NCBI GenBank assembly: GCA_043228905.1
Contig: JBHGNT010000008.1
Span: 18,910,001 to 18,974,000 of the forward strand
DNA: 64,000 nucleotides
Reading direction: 5' to 3'
Origin: Azolla caroliniana
Taxonomy: Eukaryota; Plantae; Polypodiophyta
In this document: positions 26,371-39,750 of the stretch, in pieces
Layout: the number at the start of each line of letters is the position of its first letter
Position numbering within the stretch: the stretch's first letter is position 1
Translations under genes and position numbers: made by a program
Notes under the pieces: generated by a model
The model's database searches: none
Told to the model about the DNA's origin: nothing
The model's input: the letters and a program-made list of their open reading frames with translations, nothing else

Positions 26371-29300
26371 TCATCTCTCAGTTGAGCGATCGGCTTGGCC
26401 AAAATACTCACCAGCAACAGTGATGAGTATATTGAGCATGTGCAATTCCTCATCATCCAATTTCTTCTCCATTCTCAGCTTTGCGCAGATACGCAATAGC
26501 TCACGAAATGCTGCGGATGTCTGATCATCAAGAGGAGTGTCAACCACAGCTGAAAGAGCAAAAAGCCATACTGCATTTCCGTAAGACAGGTTTCCACTTT
26601 CTTTTAGCCATGACACATGATACCGAAATAGAGTTGCTCTTGAAACTTCATCCAATCTCAACACCATCTTAAGAAGAGGTGCGCTCGAAACTACTCGAGA
26701 GACGCTATCGTTGTTAGCTTCTGGGATCTCATCTTCATCTACAGAAGAGCTGCTTACTCTAAAGACATCATCATCATTAGTTTTCAGGGTCTCATCTTCA
26801 TCTATAGAGGAACTTCCTCTAAAGACATCATTATCATTAGCTTTCAGGATCTCTTCTTCATCTATAGAGGAGCTTCCTCTAAAGATATCATTATCATTAG
26901 CTTTCAGGATTTCTTCTTCATCTATAGAGGAGCTTGCTCTGAAGACATCATCATCATTAGCTTTCAGGATCTCATCTTCAAGAATAGATGTGATTTCTCC
27001 ATCTTCATGCTTCTCAAAGGACAAAATGTGCCCTCCATCATGCTTCCCAAGCGAGGAATTGTTTCCTTCTTTGTACTGCTGCTCGGCTGAGGGATCATTT
27101 CCTTCCTCCTGCTTCTGAAAAGAGGAGTTTCCTTCATCTTCATGCTTCTCAACAGACGAGCTTTCTCCTTCTTCTTGCTTCTCACGGGCTTTCTTATTAC
27201 TACTTTTGCCAAGACACACACTTCTCCAACAAGCTTTGTCTTGAATCGGTGGCAGTTCCTTCAAAGTATCTCCTCCCAACATTGAAGCATAAGATGCATT
27301 GGCTAACCCCTGATACATAAACCATCAATAACTGTCAGTTCAAAACATAGCCTTAACGCCCTCTCTTATTTCTAAGAAATGCATACATATGTTCCAGGGA
27401 AGACGTGGCTGCGTATAGACCTAAAATATCACATCAGAATCACAGGAATGGAAGTAAAAGAATCTAAAATAGAAATATTGCGGGTCAATCCACGAAAATA
27501 GGATCTGTTATAAAGCATCTTGTTGCCATAAAATGAATATGTATATTCCATTCAGAAGTGGCTTCATACAGAATTAAAATGCCATGTCAAATTCACAACA
27601 GAAGTATTTTACAAACTTACTGTTCGTAGGTCTGAAAAGTCCTTCAGAAACTCTTGAACCCAATCCTTGGAAGGTAAAATGTCCAATGGGCATACAGGAA
27701 TAGGCTGAATTTCAGGCATATAATTAGTCTGCTTAGAGAGCTTTTTCTCACCGATCCTAGCAACCTTCACCTTTGGGCAACGTGCAGTCTCCCACCTTAA
27801 AAAACAGAGATAGATTATTCAAATCATACTTTGCTAAAGAAATAATATGTGCGCGTGAAGTAGAATATAACTTCATCAATCCATCACAATAAGCTATTCA
27901 GCAATCATATGAGAAGATCATGATCACCATGCACCTATGTGGTGGCCATCAGTGAATATGTCTTTCATTTCTTATGATTAAATGGGGAACGCATTTTTAA
28001 CACAACACAAAATGGTTGGTTTATATACAACAATCAGAGGGCAGGAATTATAGGATATATAGATGGTGAATACTTACTCTTCGACAGAAATTTATATGAC
28101 ACAGTTATAAGTTTGTGAACCAAATAAATCCTAGAAGAATAGACCACTATAAGACAACAGTATGTAGTTGGGTTATCGTAGATTTGATCTGATTCTCTTG
28201 TCAGTCAGTCAGAATTTATCATTGAGCCGCTCGATTAAAATTAATCATTAAATGCTTCTAGTGAAATGTATCCACTTTTCTCTTGCACCAAAGCTTGTAC
28301 ATCTATCAGGATCAACATAATATTTCTACCTTAACAGCTATGTTTTTTCCTAGAACACATTCTTTCATAGATTCCAAACATCCTTCAGCAAATTATTTAT
28401 AAGTCGATCTGTTTTCCAAAACATATTATTAGTCAAACCATAATAAGATTCCTATGAACACTTACATGACCCGTCGGAGATACTCAAATCCATCTTGAGG
28501 TGGTCCTGAATCAAAATTAGGTTCACCATGAACCTGAAAAGCAAGTGGCTGAAGACTGACCTCCTCATCACTGTCGTCTTGGTCTTCAACCTCCTCCTCC
28601 TCACTCAACGCTTGACCTAAATGACAACCATTTAACTAGTTTCGAATTTTAGCTGAATATGGCTGAAAGCAAACTACTAACATACAAAAAGAAAGAAAAA
28701 AAGAAATTTGATTTTGGGCAATTGCTACAATTATGTAGCAGCTATCAATACCCCTTAACAAAGAGGAAACTATCGACAACACACTAGGCATGTTCTTTGC
28801 TCGTTCATTCAACCACAGAACCAAGCTCATTAGAATGATCTAAATACCGAATTTTGGAAACAAGATTATTGATTCATTTCAGCTATTCACTTTTCCGTTT
28901 CGTTCTACCATTTTAAAATCTCTGACCTACACATCTACAGAGAGTGCTTTATATCGATTGATTGTCCCATAGATCATATTGGTTCTTCATGGACATTATT
29001 ACATCATCATCATCATCATCTCTCTCTCCCTCCCTTTCATGAAGAGAAGGCCGCAGAGAACTTCTTGTAAGGTATTTTGGGTTCCACAGACATGGTGTCC
29101 CCCTTCCCCTCCCCCCCCCCCCCATAGATGTTCATAATCAAAGCCTAAATCAACATCGTCATCAACATCAAACGCACCTCTCTCTAGCAACTTACTCGAG
29201 GGATTGATCGTCGGAAGCGGAGGCCGGTGATGCTTATTGATGTTCCTTCGAAGATTTGCAGAGACATGAATCTCATGATCGGGGAGCTGGGCCAAGCTGC

Positions 29301-29631
29301 AGAGCTCTTGATACAGAGGAGCTCCCATGGAATCCACCATGGCCTCCCAGCAACCATCTTCCACGGTTTCATGTTGCCACTGAAGAAGCTCCTCCCTCGC
29401 GTACCTAATGGTCTCCATCCTCACGTTCTTCTTCTTCTTCTTCTGCTTATTGATGTTCCTTCGAAGATTTGCAGAGACATGAATCTGATGATCGGGGAGC
29501 TGGGCCAAGCTGCAGAGCTCTTGATACAAAGGAGCTCCCATGGAATCCACCATGGCCTCCCAGCAACCATCTTCCACGGTTTCATGTTGCCATTGAAGAA
29601 GCTCCTCTCTCGCGTACCTAATGGTCTCCAT
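26371..29631 (-). CDS. GEMIN2: GEMIN2/SIP1 (SMN complex). Exons: 29631-29178, 28616-28466, 27795-27621, 27309-26371
   Basis: GEPNFDSGPPQDGFEYLRRVM-WETARCPKVKVA and C-terminal AVWLFALSAVVDTPLD..LNILITVAGEYFGQ are Gemin2 motifs. Introns are GT/AG and phase-consistent. Confidence 0.9.
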
Positions 29632-29675
29632 CCTCACGTTCTTCTTCTTCTTCTTCTTCTTCTTCTTCTTCTATG

Positions 29676-29728
29676 AGGGTTTAGCGTTTAGGGTTTCGGG
29701 TTTAGGGTTTAGGGTTTCGGGTTTAGGG
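29676..29728. promoter_or_regulatory. Cluster of telo-box-like (TTTAGGG/AAACCCTA) repeats just upstream of GEMIN2
   Basis: gggtttagcgtttagggtttcgggtttagggtttagggtttcgggtttaggg lies ~50-100 bp before the ATG. Confidence 0.55.
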
Positions 29729-29834
29729 TCTCCATCGCAGCGGCAGAAACCAAACGACTTTGAGGCGTTACGAGGATTTGAACTCATGACTTCGTATTTT
29801 GTTTTCTCTTTATAGACTGAAAAAGATCCCATTA

Positions 29835-30050
29835 GGTCTTGGTCTTGGTTTAGTCTTGGTCGGATCTTGGTCTGGATTTGGTCTTGGTCTTGGTCTTGGA
29901 CTTGGTCAGGTCTTGGTCTTGATCTTGGTCTTGATCTTGGTCTTGTATTAGACTAGTCTTGGTCTTGGTCTTGGTCTGGATTTGGTCTTAGTTTGGTCTT
30001 GGTCTTGGTCTGGGTCTTGGTCTTGGTCTTGGTCTTGTTCTTGGTCTTGA
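29835..30050. repeat. (TCTTGG)n hexamer repeat
   Basis: Roughly 35 imperfect tcttgg units. Confidence 0.9.
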
Positions 30051-30692
30051 TTGGGAACTATGGCCTTGGGCCTGGGTCCTTAACTTCCTCTCGATCAAGC
30101 ACAATTATATGTCTACTAAGAGGAGGTTAAGGAAGGGTGCTTGTTCTCTTCAAGCCATTTTACTATTAGAAAATTGGGGGGTGAACCCCTCTTGCCTATT
30201 CATGCACGAGGATCATATCACAATGCAAGCTACCATAATTATGAGCTTGGTCATTAAGTGAATTATATTAATAATTGCTTGGTCATTAATTATCTCTATC
30301 CCTTTTATTGTGTTTGGGCAAAATTAACACTCGATACTAATTATAGGAAACAACAGAAACAAACTATTTTAAGGTGCCCTCGAGTGCAAGGCAAAAGGCA
30401 AATATGAGACACCGTTGGGATCTTATACCATTGCATATGTTCACCGTGTTATAATATCAATGAGATGTCAAAATGAAGGGACTAGGAAGTCAATTCCCTT
30501 TATATAGCTAAACTTCTTAGGCTCTGTGACCACCATCCTCACGTGTAAATAGTCATTGTAGGTTTGTCCCAAGTCTTGAGATAACCAAATTCCCATGTAT
30601 CCTACCCTTAAACCATTAAAGTTAGCTTTTTGAATCGCCACCTAAGGTTAAGTGTACCCTGTTGCTAAACAATTTTTGTTTTTTTAAGAAGG

Positions 30693-31086
30693 TGTTATGG
30701 ACATAGCTTTAGGACCGAATGGGAAGGCTAATTTATCATAAATAAACAAGGAAGGATAATTATCCTAGGATTTGAGGCAACCTAGCATGGTTAGCAACAT
30801 GTACACACCTACATGGCAGTCAAGGGACCTTATGCTTTCAGATATAAACATGGGACTAGCTACATCATTTTATCATCTGCTTAGGGAGACTTTGAGGCTT
30901 TGGTGGTTTTGCGAAGCTCTTCTATCAAGATGCCTATCATTGAATCTACGCCAAGGTAAATCTCTAGACCATACATGGTGGTGTGGGATGCCACCAAAGT
31001 TTAGGGATAGCCTCAAATCATTTGCCTAGGGGTGGTCAGGAGGAAAGACGTTCTCGCTTATTTATTCTTTATTTTCAATAATAGCA
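30693..31086 (+). mobile_element. LTR-like element (TG...CA), same family as 38405-38829
   Basis: Both begin tgttatggacatagc and share ctagcatggttagcaaca and tctctagaccata. No convincing TSD. Confidence 0.7.
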
Positions 31087-31944
31087 TTAGTTTGATCTAA
31101 GCACAACACAAGGAGTTTTTAATACAATACTTTTGAAATTTGGCTTATTTCTCATATATGATTTATCAAATTTAAGCAATCAAGGAGTTTTTATTTTGGG
31201 TCGTATAGTTGGTGAGAAGGCCAAACTTTTAATCTAGAAGTTCATACATAGTTTCTCACGCTTTGAAGTATCACTGTAAATCTTATCACACATGACATGA
31301 TTGATTTTTGCAACAAACATTTAGTAAGCCTTGAGGGTCATTCTCATGAATGGAATTGAAATCAATAGTATCATCAAACTTGGTGCTATGAAACTAATAA
31401 TGGAATAGCTACGGAAAATGAGTTTATGTTTCGAATAGATAGCAATAATCTACATATACATATATATATATATATATCCACATTACACAAAGAAAAATTG
31501 TTCGAGCTTTGTAAAAGTTCATAAGATTTTCACTTGTTTCAAACCAAGCACAAAGCTATGTCACCTTCAGAATTAAAAAATTAAAAAATAAGCTAATTAA
31601 AAAATTAACCACTTGAAAGTAATGATAATTTTGTTCTCTTGGATCCTTAAGGGTATAATGTTCAATTTTTTGCTCTCATGAACTATAGAGGTAGATAAGA
31701 TCGAACTATGGCCTAGTGCTTTAAAGACGATTTCATGGCCAATCGATTAACATTATTGGGTGCAAGAACTCCCGTCCAAATATCTACTTTCCTTGAAAAT
31801 AACCTTTAAAATGTGTCATTATATGTGCGCATCTAGATCGTTGAAATTTCTATAATCTTCTCACTATTACAAGTAGTCAAAAACATTTGGAAAACTCTTT
31901 CACAAACATATTCATCAATCCAATCCAATTGGGATATGTTGTAG

Positions 31945-32943
31945 TTATCTTGTTCCAATCGCACAAGAGTCGGTGTGAAGGGCAGAGAAGACGTGATGAA
32001 AACTTGGTACCCCTTTCCTTTTGCCTCCTCTATCGTTGGAAACCAAGAACGAATCTTTCTTCCATACCTTCTGCATCTCAGCGAATCTGCATATCATCTC
32101 AACTTTGAGGCAAAGATTCAAACTAAATGTATCAAACACACACATGTGTATACTAATGTACATTTGCATGTAAAGCTATGTGTATTGTGAATGTGTAGGC
32201 CACAAATTGTGCGTTTATATGCAACATACACTCTCCCCCACATTAGTTATAACTATCACACTTCATTGATGTCAATAACTACTAGAGGGTTCTTTGCAAT
32301 AATGTGTGTAGGTGCATATGTGCAAATGATGTAAGTGGACGTGGATCAACATGGGTAGAAGCATATGGGTATGGGTATGGTTGGGTCACCACCCTCACCT
32401 TGTAAATATGCCTTTCACGTGTAAAATCATTAGTTATTGATAACAACATTCAATGTCGTTAAAATGCTCACCTCTCGACACGATCGATCTTCCCACCTCT
32501 TTTCATTTGCCGTTGACCGTTTGGCCGATGTTTCCTTGACAAAGGTGAGCCAATTGATGGTTTTGGCGAGATTACGTTGATCCTCACGTCTCCTGTGACA
32601 AAAAAAACATTTGAAGAGGAATGTGGAGTAATCCCAATGCACTATACCTACAATGATATATATATACACATACATACATACATACATCTAATGTTGACAC
32701 ATGCATACATACATACATACATACATATATATATACACACACACACACATACATACATACATCTAATGCTGACACATACATGCATGCATGCATGCATAAC
32801 ATACACACATGCATAAACAACCAAGGAGTAATCCCAATGCACTATACCTACAATGATATATATATACACATACATACATACATACATCTAAACACACACA
32901 CACACACATACATGCATACATCTAATGCTGACACATGCATACA

Positions 32944-33035
<92 letters not shown>

Positions 33036-35177
33036 TACATACATACATACATCTAATGCTGGCTGGCACATAAATGCATAACATACATAGATGATTACAT
33101 CTAATGCTGACACATGCATGCATGCATACATAACATACACACATGCATAAACAACCAACGAGGCTGTTCCATGCTGATGGATTGCTCGAATTAGGGATGG
33201 CCAAGACAGGGGAGCCACAAATGTGAGAGGCTTACTTGAATTCTGGTAGCTCCCTGAGCTTGATTTGCTGCACACAGATGGATCGAAGTCACAAAATCCC
33301 TCAGATGAATGAGGGGTATTGTCAATCGTGCTCGTTTCAATATGAGAATCAGCTTCTTCAACCTCATCGCGTCCTTTGATAGTGATCGGATCCATTCCAT
33401 CCTTCATGTCTACTCTAACCTTTTCTATGCTTATTCCATGCCCAATCCCTCGATGAGAAGCCAACATTTTGCAATCGATTGCAGATGAATCAGGAAAACC
33501 TGTAATGCTATGGTGAGGATCTGGAGTAACCATTTGTCGGTGTGATGTAGGGGTCAGGTTATCAGGGTTTTGAAAGCATTGGATCTGTGTGGATGATGCA
33601 GAAAGTATAACACTATTTGATCTTTCCTGGGGGGATATGGCCTCCATCTGACATTCATCAATACATGATCCTGTACTGTTTTCAGCCTTTCGGCATTCAT
33701 CAATACCTGCTGCTGTACTGTTTTCACATCTGTCACTCTCCCTAACACACACAGCGGTCTCTTCTGACACCTCAGAATTGATCTCATAGACAGTAGTTGA
33801 CTCTGATATGAAAGAAGTCATCTCTGTGGATGCAGAAGAAGAAGATGATGACGATGACGATAATGAAGAAGAAGAAGAAGAAGAAGAAGAAGAAGAAAGA
33901 GATCCTTCTACTGGTTTCGACATGGCCATTGATGTGCAGGAATTCATATGAACAGTTGGTTGTGCAGACATGGCTTCAAGCTTCTCACCTTCGGGCATGT
34001 TTGAATCTTTCATGGTTTCAAGCAACCATGGTTTCTTCCCAAGGCTCAAAGCTAACTCCTCAAGTTTTTTACCACAATCTTCGACTTCCCCTGTCAAGTT
34101 ACCGCATTCGGCTTCTTTCTTCCTGCTCTTCATATTAACAAATTTCTCCTTATTACTGCTCTTGGACATCAAAGTATCAGATTTTGCTTCCTTATTACTG
34201 CTCTTCACGTCGACAGATTTCACCATTTTATCTGTGATGCTACCACATTTCGCTCCATTTTGGCGGCTATTCGTATCTACATATTTCTCCATCTTCTTGG
34301 TACCCAAGCTATTGCAATTTCCTTCATTTCTGCAGTTATTCGTATCTACACAATTCTCCGTTTTCTGTACCAAGCCACCACATTTCGCCTCATTCTTGCT
34401 GCTCTTCAGATCGACAGATTTCTCCATTTTCGGCGACTTCGACCTTCCAAAGCCGTATTCGTCTTTTCCTTCTCCAGTTTCATGATACATTGTCTCACCA
34501 TTTCCGCTCGAATCTTTGCGACGATGCATAGGTCTAATGTATTCATCGCCTTTTCTTATCCAATGATGGTCGATGATCTTCTCTGTGTAACTGCTCTTCC
34601 GATGATGTCTCTTTGCCTTATCCTCCATTTTCATCTTCCCTGCGTATAAGTTTCTCTCCCGTTCTCTCTTTTTATCCTGGATAGTCATCTTCCCCGTGTG
34701 TACGCTTCTCTTGTGCTTTCTCATTTCTCTGTGATCTTCCTTGTTAACCCTTCTGCTGCCATCGCCAACATGTCGGTGACGGTTTGCTTTGTACAGGCAA
34801 CGCTCAGACTGGTCCTCTACACGAACGTTGCGACCATTAAACCCTAGAATTTCCTCGGTTTCCACGCCTGCAAGCCGTTTAAACATCTGTTTACATTCTC
34901 GATCAGAAAAGGCAGCGCAAGCTTGATTAAGGGTACCATGGCTGCGCCAGGAGGAATCGCTGCAAGACGAAGACGTGTCGAATTCATCAGCGGATGAGGA
35001 GGAAGAAGAAGGAGGAGGATGAGGAATGGCGAGAGGTAGGGAAGTAGAGAGTGCAGGAGGAGGAACAGGGAGGTTGAGCTGAGACAGGAAGGTGAGGATG
35101 AGATGGTCAGGAATTCCATCGTGGCCTAAGGCTCGAAGCTCTGCTCGCAGTTCAGGCAGGGTGAAGGAGAAGTCCAT
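31945..35177 (-). CDS. HYLS1: HYLS1-like centriole/basal-body protein, ~734 aa. Exons: 35177-33236, 32592-32472, 32086-31945
   Basis: Splicing across the last intron gives KIDRVER-FAEMQKVWKKDSFL, which resembles the HYLS1 C-terminal box (KTDRVARYFEYKRDW, from memory). The N-terminus MDFSFTLPELRAELRALGHDGIPD resembles the N-terminal helix I recall for non-mammalian HYLS1. Donors are a|GTAAG and ag|GTGAG, with compatible phases. Confidence 0.65.
32624..33150. repeat. Intronic (ATAC)n/(AC)n microsatellite field with duplicated unique spacers
   Basis: ggagtaatcccaatgcactatacctacaatg occurs twice; catctaatg(c/t)tg occurs about five times. Confidence 0.85.
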
Positions 35178-35339
35178 GGCACTGACTCTGCAGAGAAGAA
35201 GGTGGAGGCGATGGCGGCCCAAGAACAAAAATCTGCAGGGGAAGTTTTGTTCTTGATCATCGAAGCCGAATTTGCGAGACTGCGTTTTGGGAAATTCCAC
35301 CAGGATACCCTTCTTCCCCTTCCGGGGTGGTTTCCGGTT

Positions 35340-36085
35340 TTGTCGAAATTGTAGAAATACCCCTGACATAAAACCACCGGTATTCTTTCACTTCGTCTGG
35401 GTGATTTCCGGTTTCATCGAGATTGTAAGAAATACCCCTAACGAAAAACCGGTATTTTGTCACGTCGTCTGGGGTGTTTCTGGTTTCTTCGAAAAATACC
35501 CCCTGACGAATACCATTGGTAGGTATATTCTATCACCTTATCTAGGTGCTTTCCAGTTTTCATGAAATTGTGGCAAATAATACCCTTAACAAAAACCACC
35601 GGTAGGTATACGTATTCTATCACCTCGTCTGGGTGCATTCCGGTTTTATTGAAATTGTTAGGTATATTCTGTCTCCTCGTATGGGTTGGTCCCAAAATTC
35701 ATGAAATTGTGGGGAATACCCCTGTTGAAAACCACCGATCAGTATATGTTATCACCTTGTTGTCTGGTTTGGTTCCAGTTTTCATGAAATTGTGGGAAAA
35801 TACCCCTGACGAAAACCACCGATTGGTATATTTTGTCACCTCGTATGGGCTGATTCCAAAATTCATGATTTTGTGGGAAATACCCTTGATGATGGCTATG
35901 TATATTTTTGTCACCCTCTCTAGGTGCTTTCTGTTTTTCATGAAATTGTGGGGAAATACCCCTAATGAAAACCATCGGTGGGTATATTCAGTCACCTCAC
36001 CTGGGCCGGTTCTCGGGTTTCATGAAATTGTGGGAAATACCCCTAACAAAAACCACCAATGGTAGGTATATTCTATCATCTCGCC
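35340..36085. repeat. ~70-83-bp tandem repeat, about 10 diverged units
   Basis: Recurring catgaaattgtgggaaatacccct..gaaaaccaccg..ggtatatt..tcacc. Confidence 0.85.
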
Positions 36086-36713
36086 TTCCTTAGGGGCCCT
36101 CCTACTATTGCAGACGACGACGACGATCTTATTGGATCCACAATAATTTGAGGTCACTCAGTAAGTCTACATTGACGTTTAAGTCGGCTTTACTCGCGTG
36201 TCTCGTGCCGATAGACAGGGGGGCCACCTGTCCCTGAGCTCGGGCTACCAATATCACTTGGTCGGGTTTCCCATGTCAGGCTCTTAGCTTAGTGTCGGTG
36301 TTATAGAGAAGACTATGAAACATTCATTCTGTCCTAGGAACAGGAACGAGAACAAAGTGTCCCAGGAACAAGAACAAGAACAAAGTGTCAACATTCTGGT
36401 TACATACATTTGGGACTTTTGCCCGGCCAATGTCAGGGGGACAACCGGGTTTTCCAACCTACTGGAATCTCTTCCGGTTCATACATATTTTTTGAACCGG
36501 CTATTTATATAATTTTGTAAAAAACACAAAAATAAAAAGGTAAAAGAAAAAACTCTCTTTCCCCCTCTGTTTTCCCTCTTTGAGCGTGTCTCTGTAAAAT
36601 CTGATTTCCTGCTGCTATCTGCTCCCATGATCCCATGATCCCTGCTGCTCACCGATTGCGCGACATCTCCTGCTCAACGATCTAAAGGTATGTATTTTGC
36701 CTATTTTTTCTGT

Positions 36714-36875
36714 TTCAAGTATATGGTTAATCTAATTAAAACTCAATCTTTTGCTAGATGTTTTTAGCTCTTTTTCCAAGTATATGGTTAACCTAATTAA
36801 ACTCAATCTTTTGCTAGATGTTTTTCGCTCTTTTTCCAAGTATATGCTTAATCTAATTAAACTCAATCTTTTGCT
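36714..36875. repeat. 60-bp tandem repeat, about 2.7 copies
   Basis: caagtatatggttaatctaattaaactcaatcttttgcta is repeated with a ~60-bp period. Confidence 0.85.
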
Positions 36876-37885
36876 AAAACTTGAAGCCTTGGGGCTTTGG
36901 CTGTTCCCCATGGCCACCTGAATCTAATTAAACCTTTTGATTTTGTACCCGTACAAAACGATTTGGACCAAAAATGTACCTTGCTCGGAATGCATAGCTG
37001 CTAGCTATGTGGGAGGGAAATAAAGTGAGACGAACATTACATCCAAAGAGATGTACTCCGTAGTATAATAGTTGTGGGGCCATATACATTTCGAGAGAGG
37101 TTTGAAGTTTGAACCATATTCGTCCTCATTGGAACTGAGCAAGGACATAGATGTTAACAGAACTCCACCACATATAGGGGAACTCCTTATGTGTAATAAT
37201 ATAACAGAAGTGAGATGTCCCACTAGTCTTTGGGGTTATCAACATGACCAAACTTGTCATATGTATCCCTTTTACAATCTCCATTTGGTCATGTTAATTT
37301 TCATTCATCAAATAAGCTATAAATGCATGTTTTGATCTTAGTGGCCAGAAGAGTCTCCTTGTGAACTCTAATACATTTCTTCTTCCATTCATCTTTCTAT
37401 TACTCTTTGTAGAAAGTTCTTATTTTACATTCAAACTTCCAACCAACCTTTTTACCATTCTCATGAATAATGTTGTTCTTGAGGTTATCTAACTTTCAAC
37501 CTTGTACCATTTTCTTGAATGGTCCCTTGGTTTATGTCACCTACTTTTATGCGTTTCAGAAGACTCTTAGCTTGTGTCGATGTTATAGAGGAGACCATCA
37601 AACATTCATTCTTCAACTGTTGTTGCATTGATCTTGATACCTTGGTTTGATTTGATGTCACTTTGGTATTTATGAGTAAGGTAGGCCCCTCCTCAACTAA
37701 GAAACCCCACTGAAAGAGAGACCAAGAATATGCCTCCCAAATTACCAATGCTCAATTCTCTGTAGTGTAACTACTCACAACCCAAATGGTTTTAGCCACT
37801 CAATTCGCACGAAAGTTTTGTCTTTAAGTGAGGGTTTGCTTGAGCAGAGCACTATACCTCCTGAGTAGATGGTACACTTACAAGG

Positions 37886-38218
37886 ATTCTATTATGAGGA
37901 TAATAATTCCATCGTTTCACAATGAAGAGCATAACAGCATAAAGCACTAACTTCTTGAAGGTGAAGACCCAAACAATGCACAAACTACTTTTGCTTGGGC
38001 TGAGAACATTGCTCATCATTGATATCATGGGCATGAAAGGGTGCTTGATGTGCATTCTGTTATGAGGATGATAGTTCCATCGTTTCACAATGGAGAACAT
38101 AACAATGTAAAACACTAACTTCTTGAAGGTGAAGAACCAAACAATGCACAAACTACTCTTGCTTGGGCTGAGAACATTGCTCATCATTGATATCATGGGC
38201 ATGAAAGGGTGCTTGATG
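37886..38218. repeat. ~168-bp tandem duplication
   Basis: attct.ttatgaggat...catgaaagggtgcttgatg occurs twice. Confidence 0.85.
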
Positions 38219-38404
38219 CTTGCATGAATTGAAACATTTCCCTGACTCTTGACACTGCCTATGCCCCTAACCTAAGGCTCAATTATGCAAAAGGCCATGG
38301 CGTTATTTGTAAACCGTATGCTCTTTTCGAATTAGGCATCTTTTGAGCATGTGAGCAAGTTCAAGCTTTGGTTCGAAGTTCATGACATGAATTCAATAAT
38401 TATT

Positions 38405-38829
38405 TGTTATGGACATAGCATTAGGTTCAAACGGGAAGGTTAATATATCATAAATATGGTTTGAGGCACCCTAGCATGTTTAGAAACACATAGGCACCTA
38501 AGTGGTGATAATTATCCTATGGTTTGAGGCAATCTAGCATGGTTAGCAACACGTAGGCACCTATGTGGTGATCAAGGGGCCTTTTGCTTAATATATAAAT
38601 ATTGGAGCTACCTCATTTTATCATCTCCCTGGTGAGACTCTAAAACTTTGGTGGTTTGACAAAGTTTGTGCGCCAAGGTGCTTGCATCTAATTCGTGGCA
38701 AGGTACATCTCTAGACCATAGATAGTGGTATGGGCACCCCTAGGATTTAGGGGTCATCTCAAATCCTTGGCTCCAGGATGGTTGGGAGAAACAACATCCT
38801 TATTTATTTCTTAATTCTCAACAATATCA
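38405..38829 (+). mobile_element. LTR-like element inserted into a copia gag remnant
   Basis: tgttatggacatagc...caatatca, paralogous to 30693-31086. Confidence 0.7.
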
Positions 38830-39750
38830 TTAAACTTTTTTATTAGCATATCCTTTCAGGCTCATGTGATCCACCATTACGCAACCTTCTGGCATGTGGA
38901 AGGTTGTGAGTTGACGAAACAGAGGGATGGCATGAATTGTGTCGGTCTTTTCACATTGTTCGCCTAGATATTCCCACATTTTGTTGGCGGTTTCTTGGTT
39001 TGAAATAAGATACATAAATGAATCTGCTACATGGAATGGGATTTTGGATTGTGCTTCAAAATCCTTATCTTGCCATGCTGGAATTTCTGAATCATTATCT
39101 GTATGCCAATAGATGTAATCTGCGCAAATAAATTTTCATCTGTATTTGCCATGGACGATAATTTGCAGCGCCAGTTAGTTTGTCAATTCGAATAGATCTA
39201 GATACTGATGTGGAGGAGGGTGTTGTAGCAGCAACAATGTCTGGGTTTTCAACTGTGGCCATGATTGGTTTTCTTTTATTTGTGAAGTAAATTTTGAGTT
39301 TATAAATTTAGTGTTTCTTATAGTGAGTAGTTTGTGATGTTGATGACTTCTTTTGTCGTCGTTTCATGTTGCTGTTCTTTTATTCTTGTTTCTGCTGCTG
39401 CTGATTTTTTGAACGTGCTGATTGTTGTTGATTTTGAATGCTCTGATTGCTGTTGATTTTTGAATGCTCTGATTGCTGTTGTTTTTTGAACACTCTGATA
39501 CCATGTGATAATGAATGTTTATTAATTGCAACTGATAGAAGTGTTAATTTTATTAATGAGTATTGGGACTATTAAATAGTCAGATACAAGATAGGAAAAG
39601 TTATTTTGGGATATGAACGGTTTTTTCTGGATTCATGTGAATTAGTGCTCACAGAAATTCACCTCTGGAAGATTTGACGGACATTGTTGAGCAACATAAT
39701 GGAGTTAACGTCTACAATAATTGGAGGAACATAATTTTAGGATGAGATTA
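38830..39750 (-). mobile_element. Degenerate Ty1/copia 5' end (LTR edge at 39504, iMet PBS, gag); right boundary approximate
   Basis: ctctgatacca at 39493-39503 abuts tg; gag-like IDKLTGAANYRPWQIQMK and ETANKMWEYL. Confidence 0.7.

Noticed and set aside
29676-29728. Interstitial telomere or chromosome-fusion scar
   Set aside because: Only ~7 imperfect units, in a promoter/5' UTR position typical of telo-boxes.
35178-35369. N-terminal 64 aa of the 815-aa ORF, and its VCMY-rich tail (32922-33235)
   Set aside because: The extension starts in the tandem repeat, and the tail is intronic microsatellite after a GTAAG donor.
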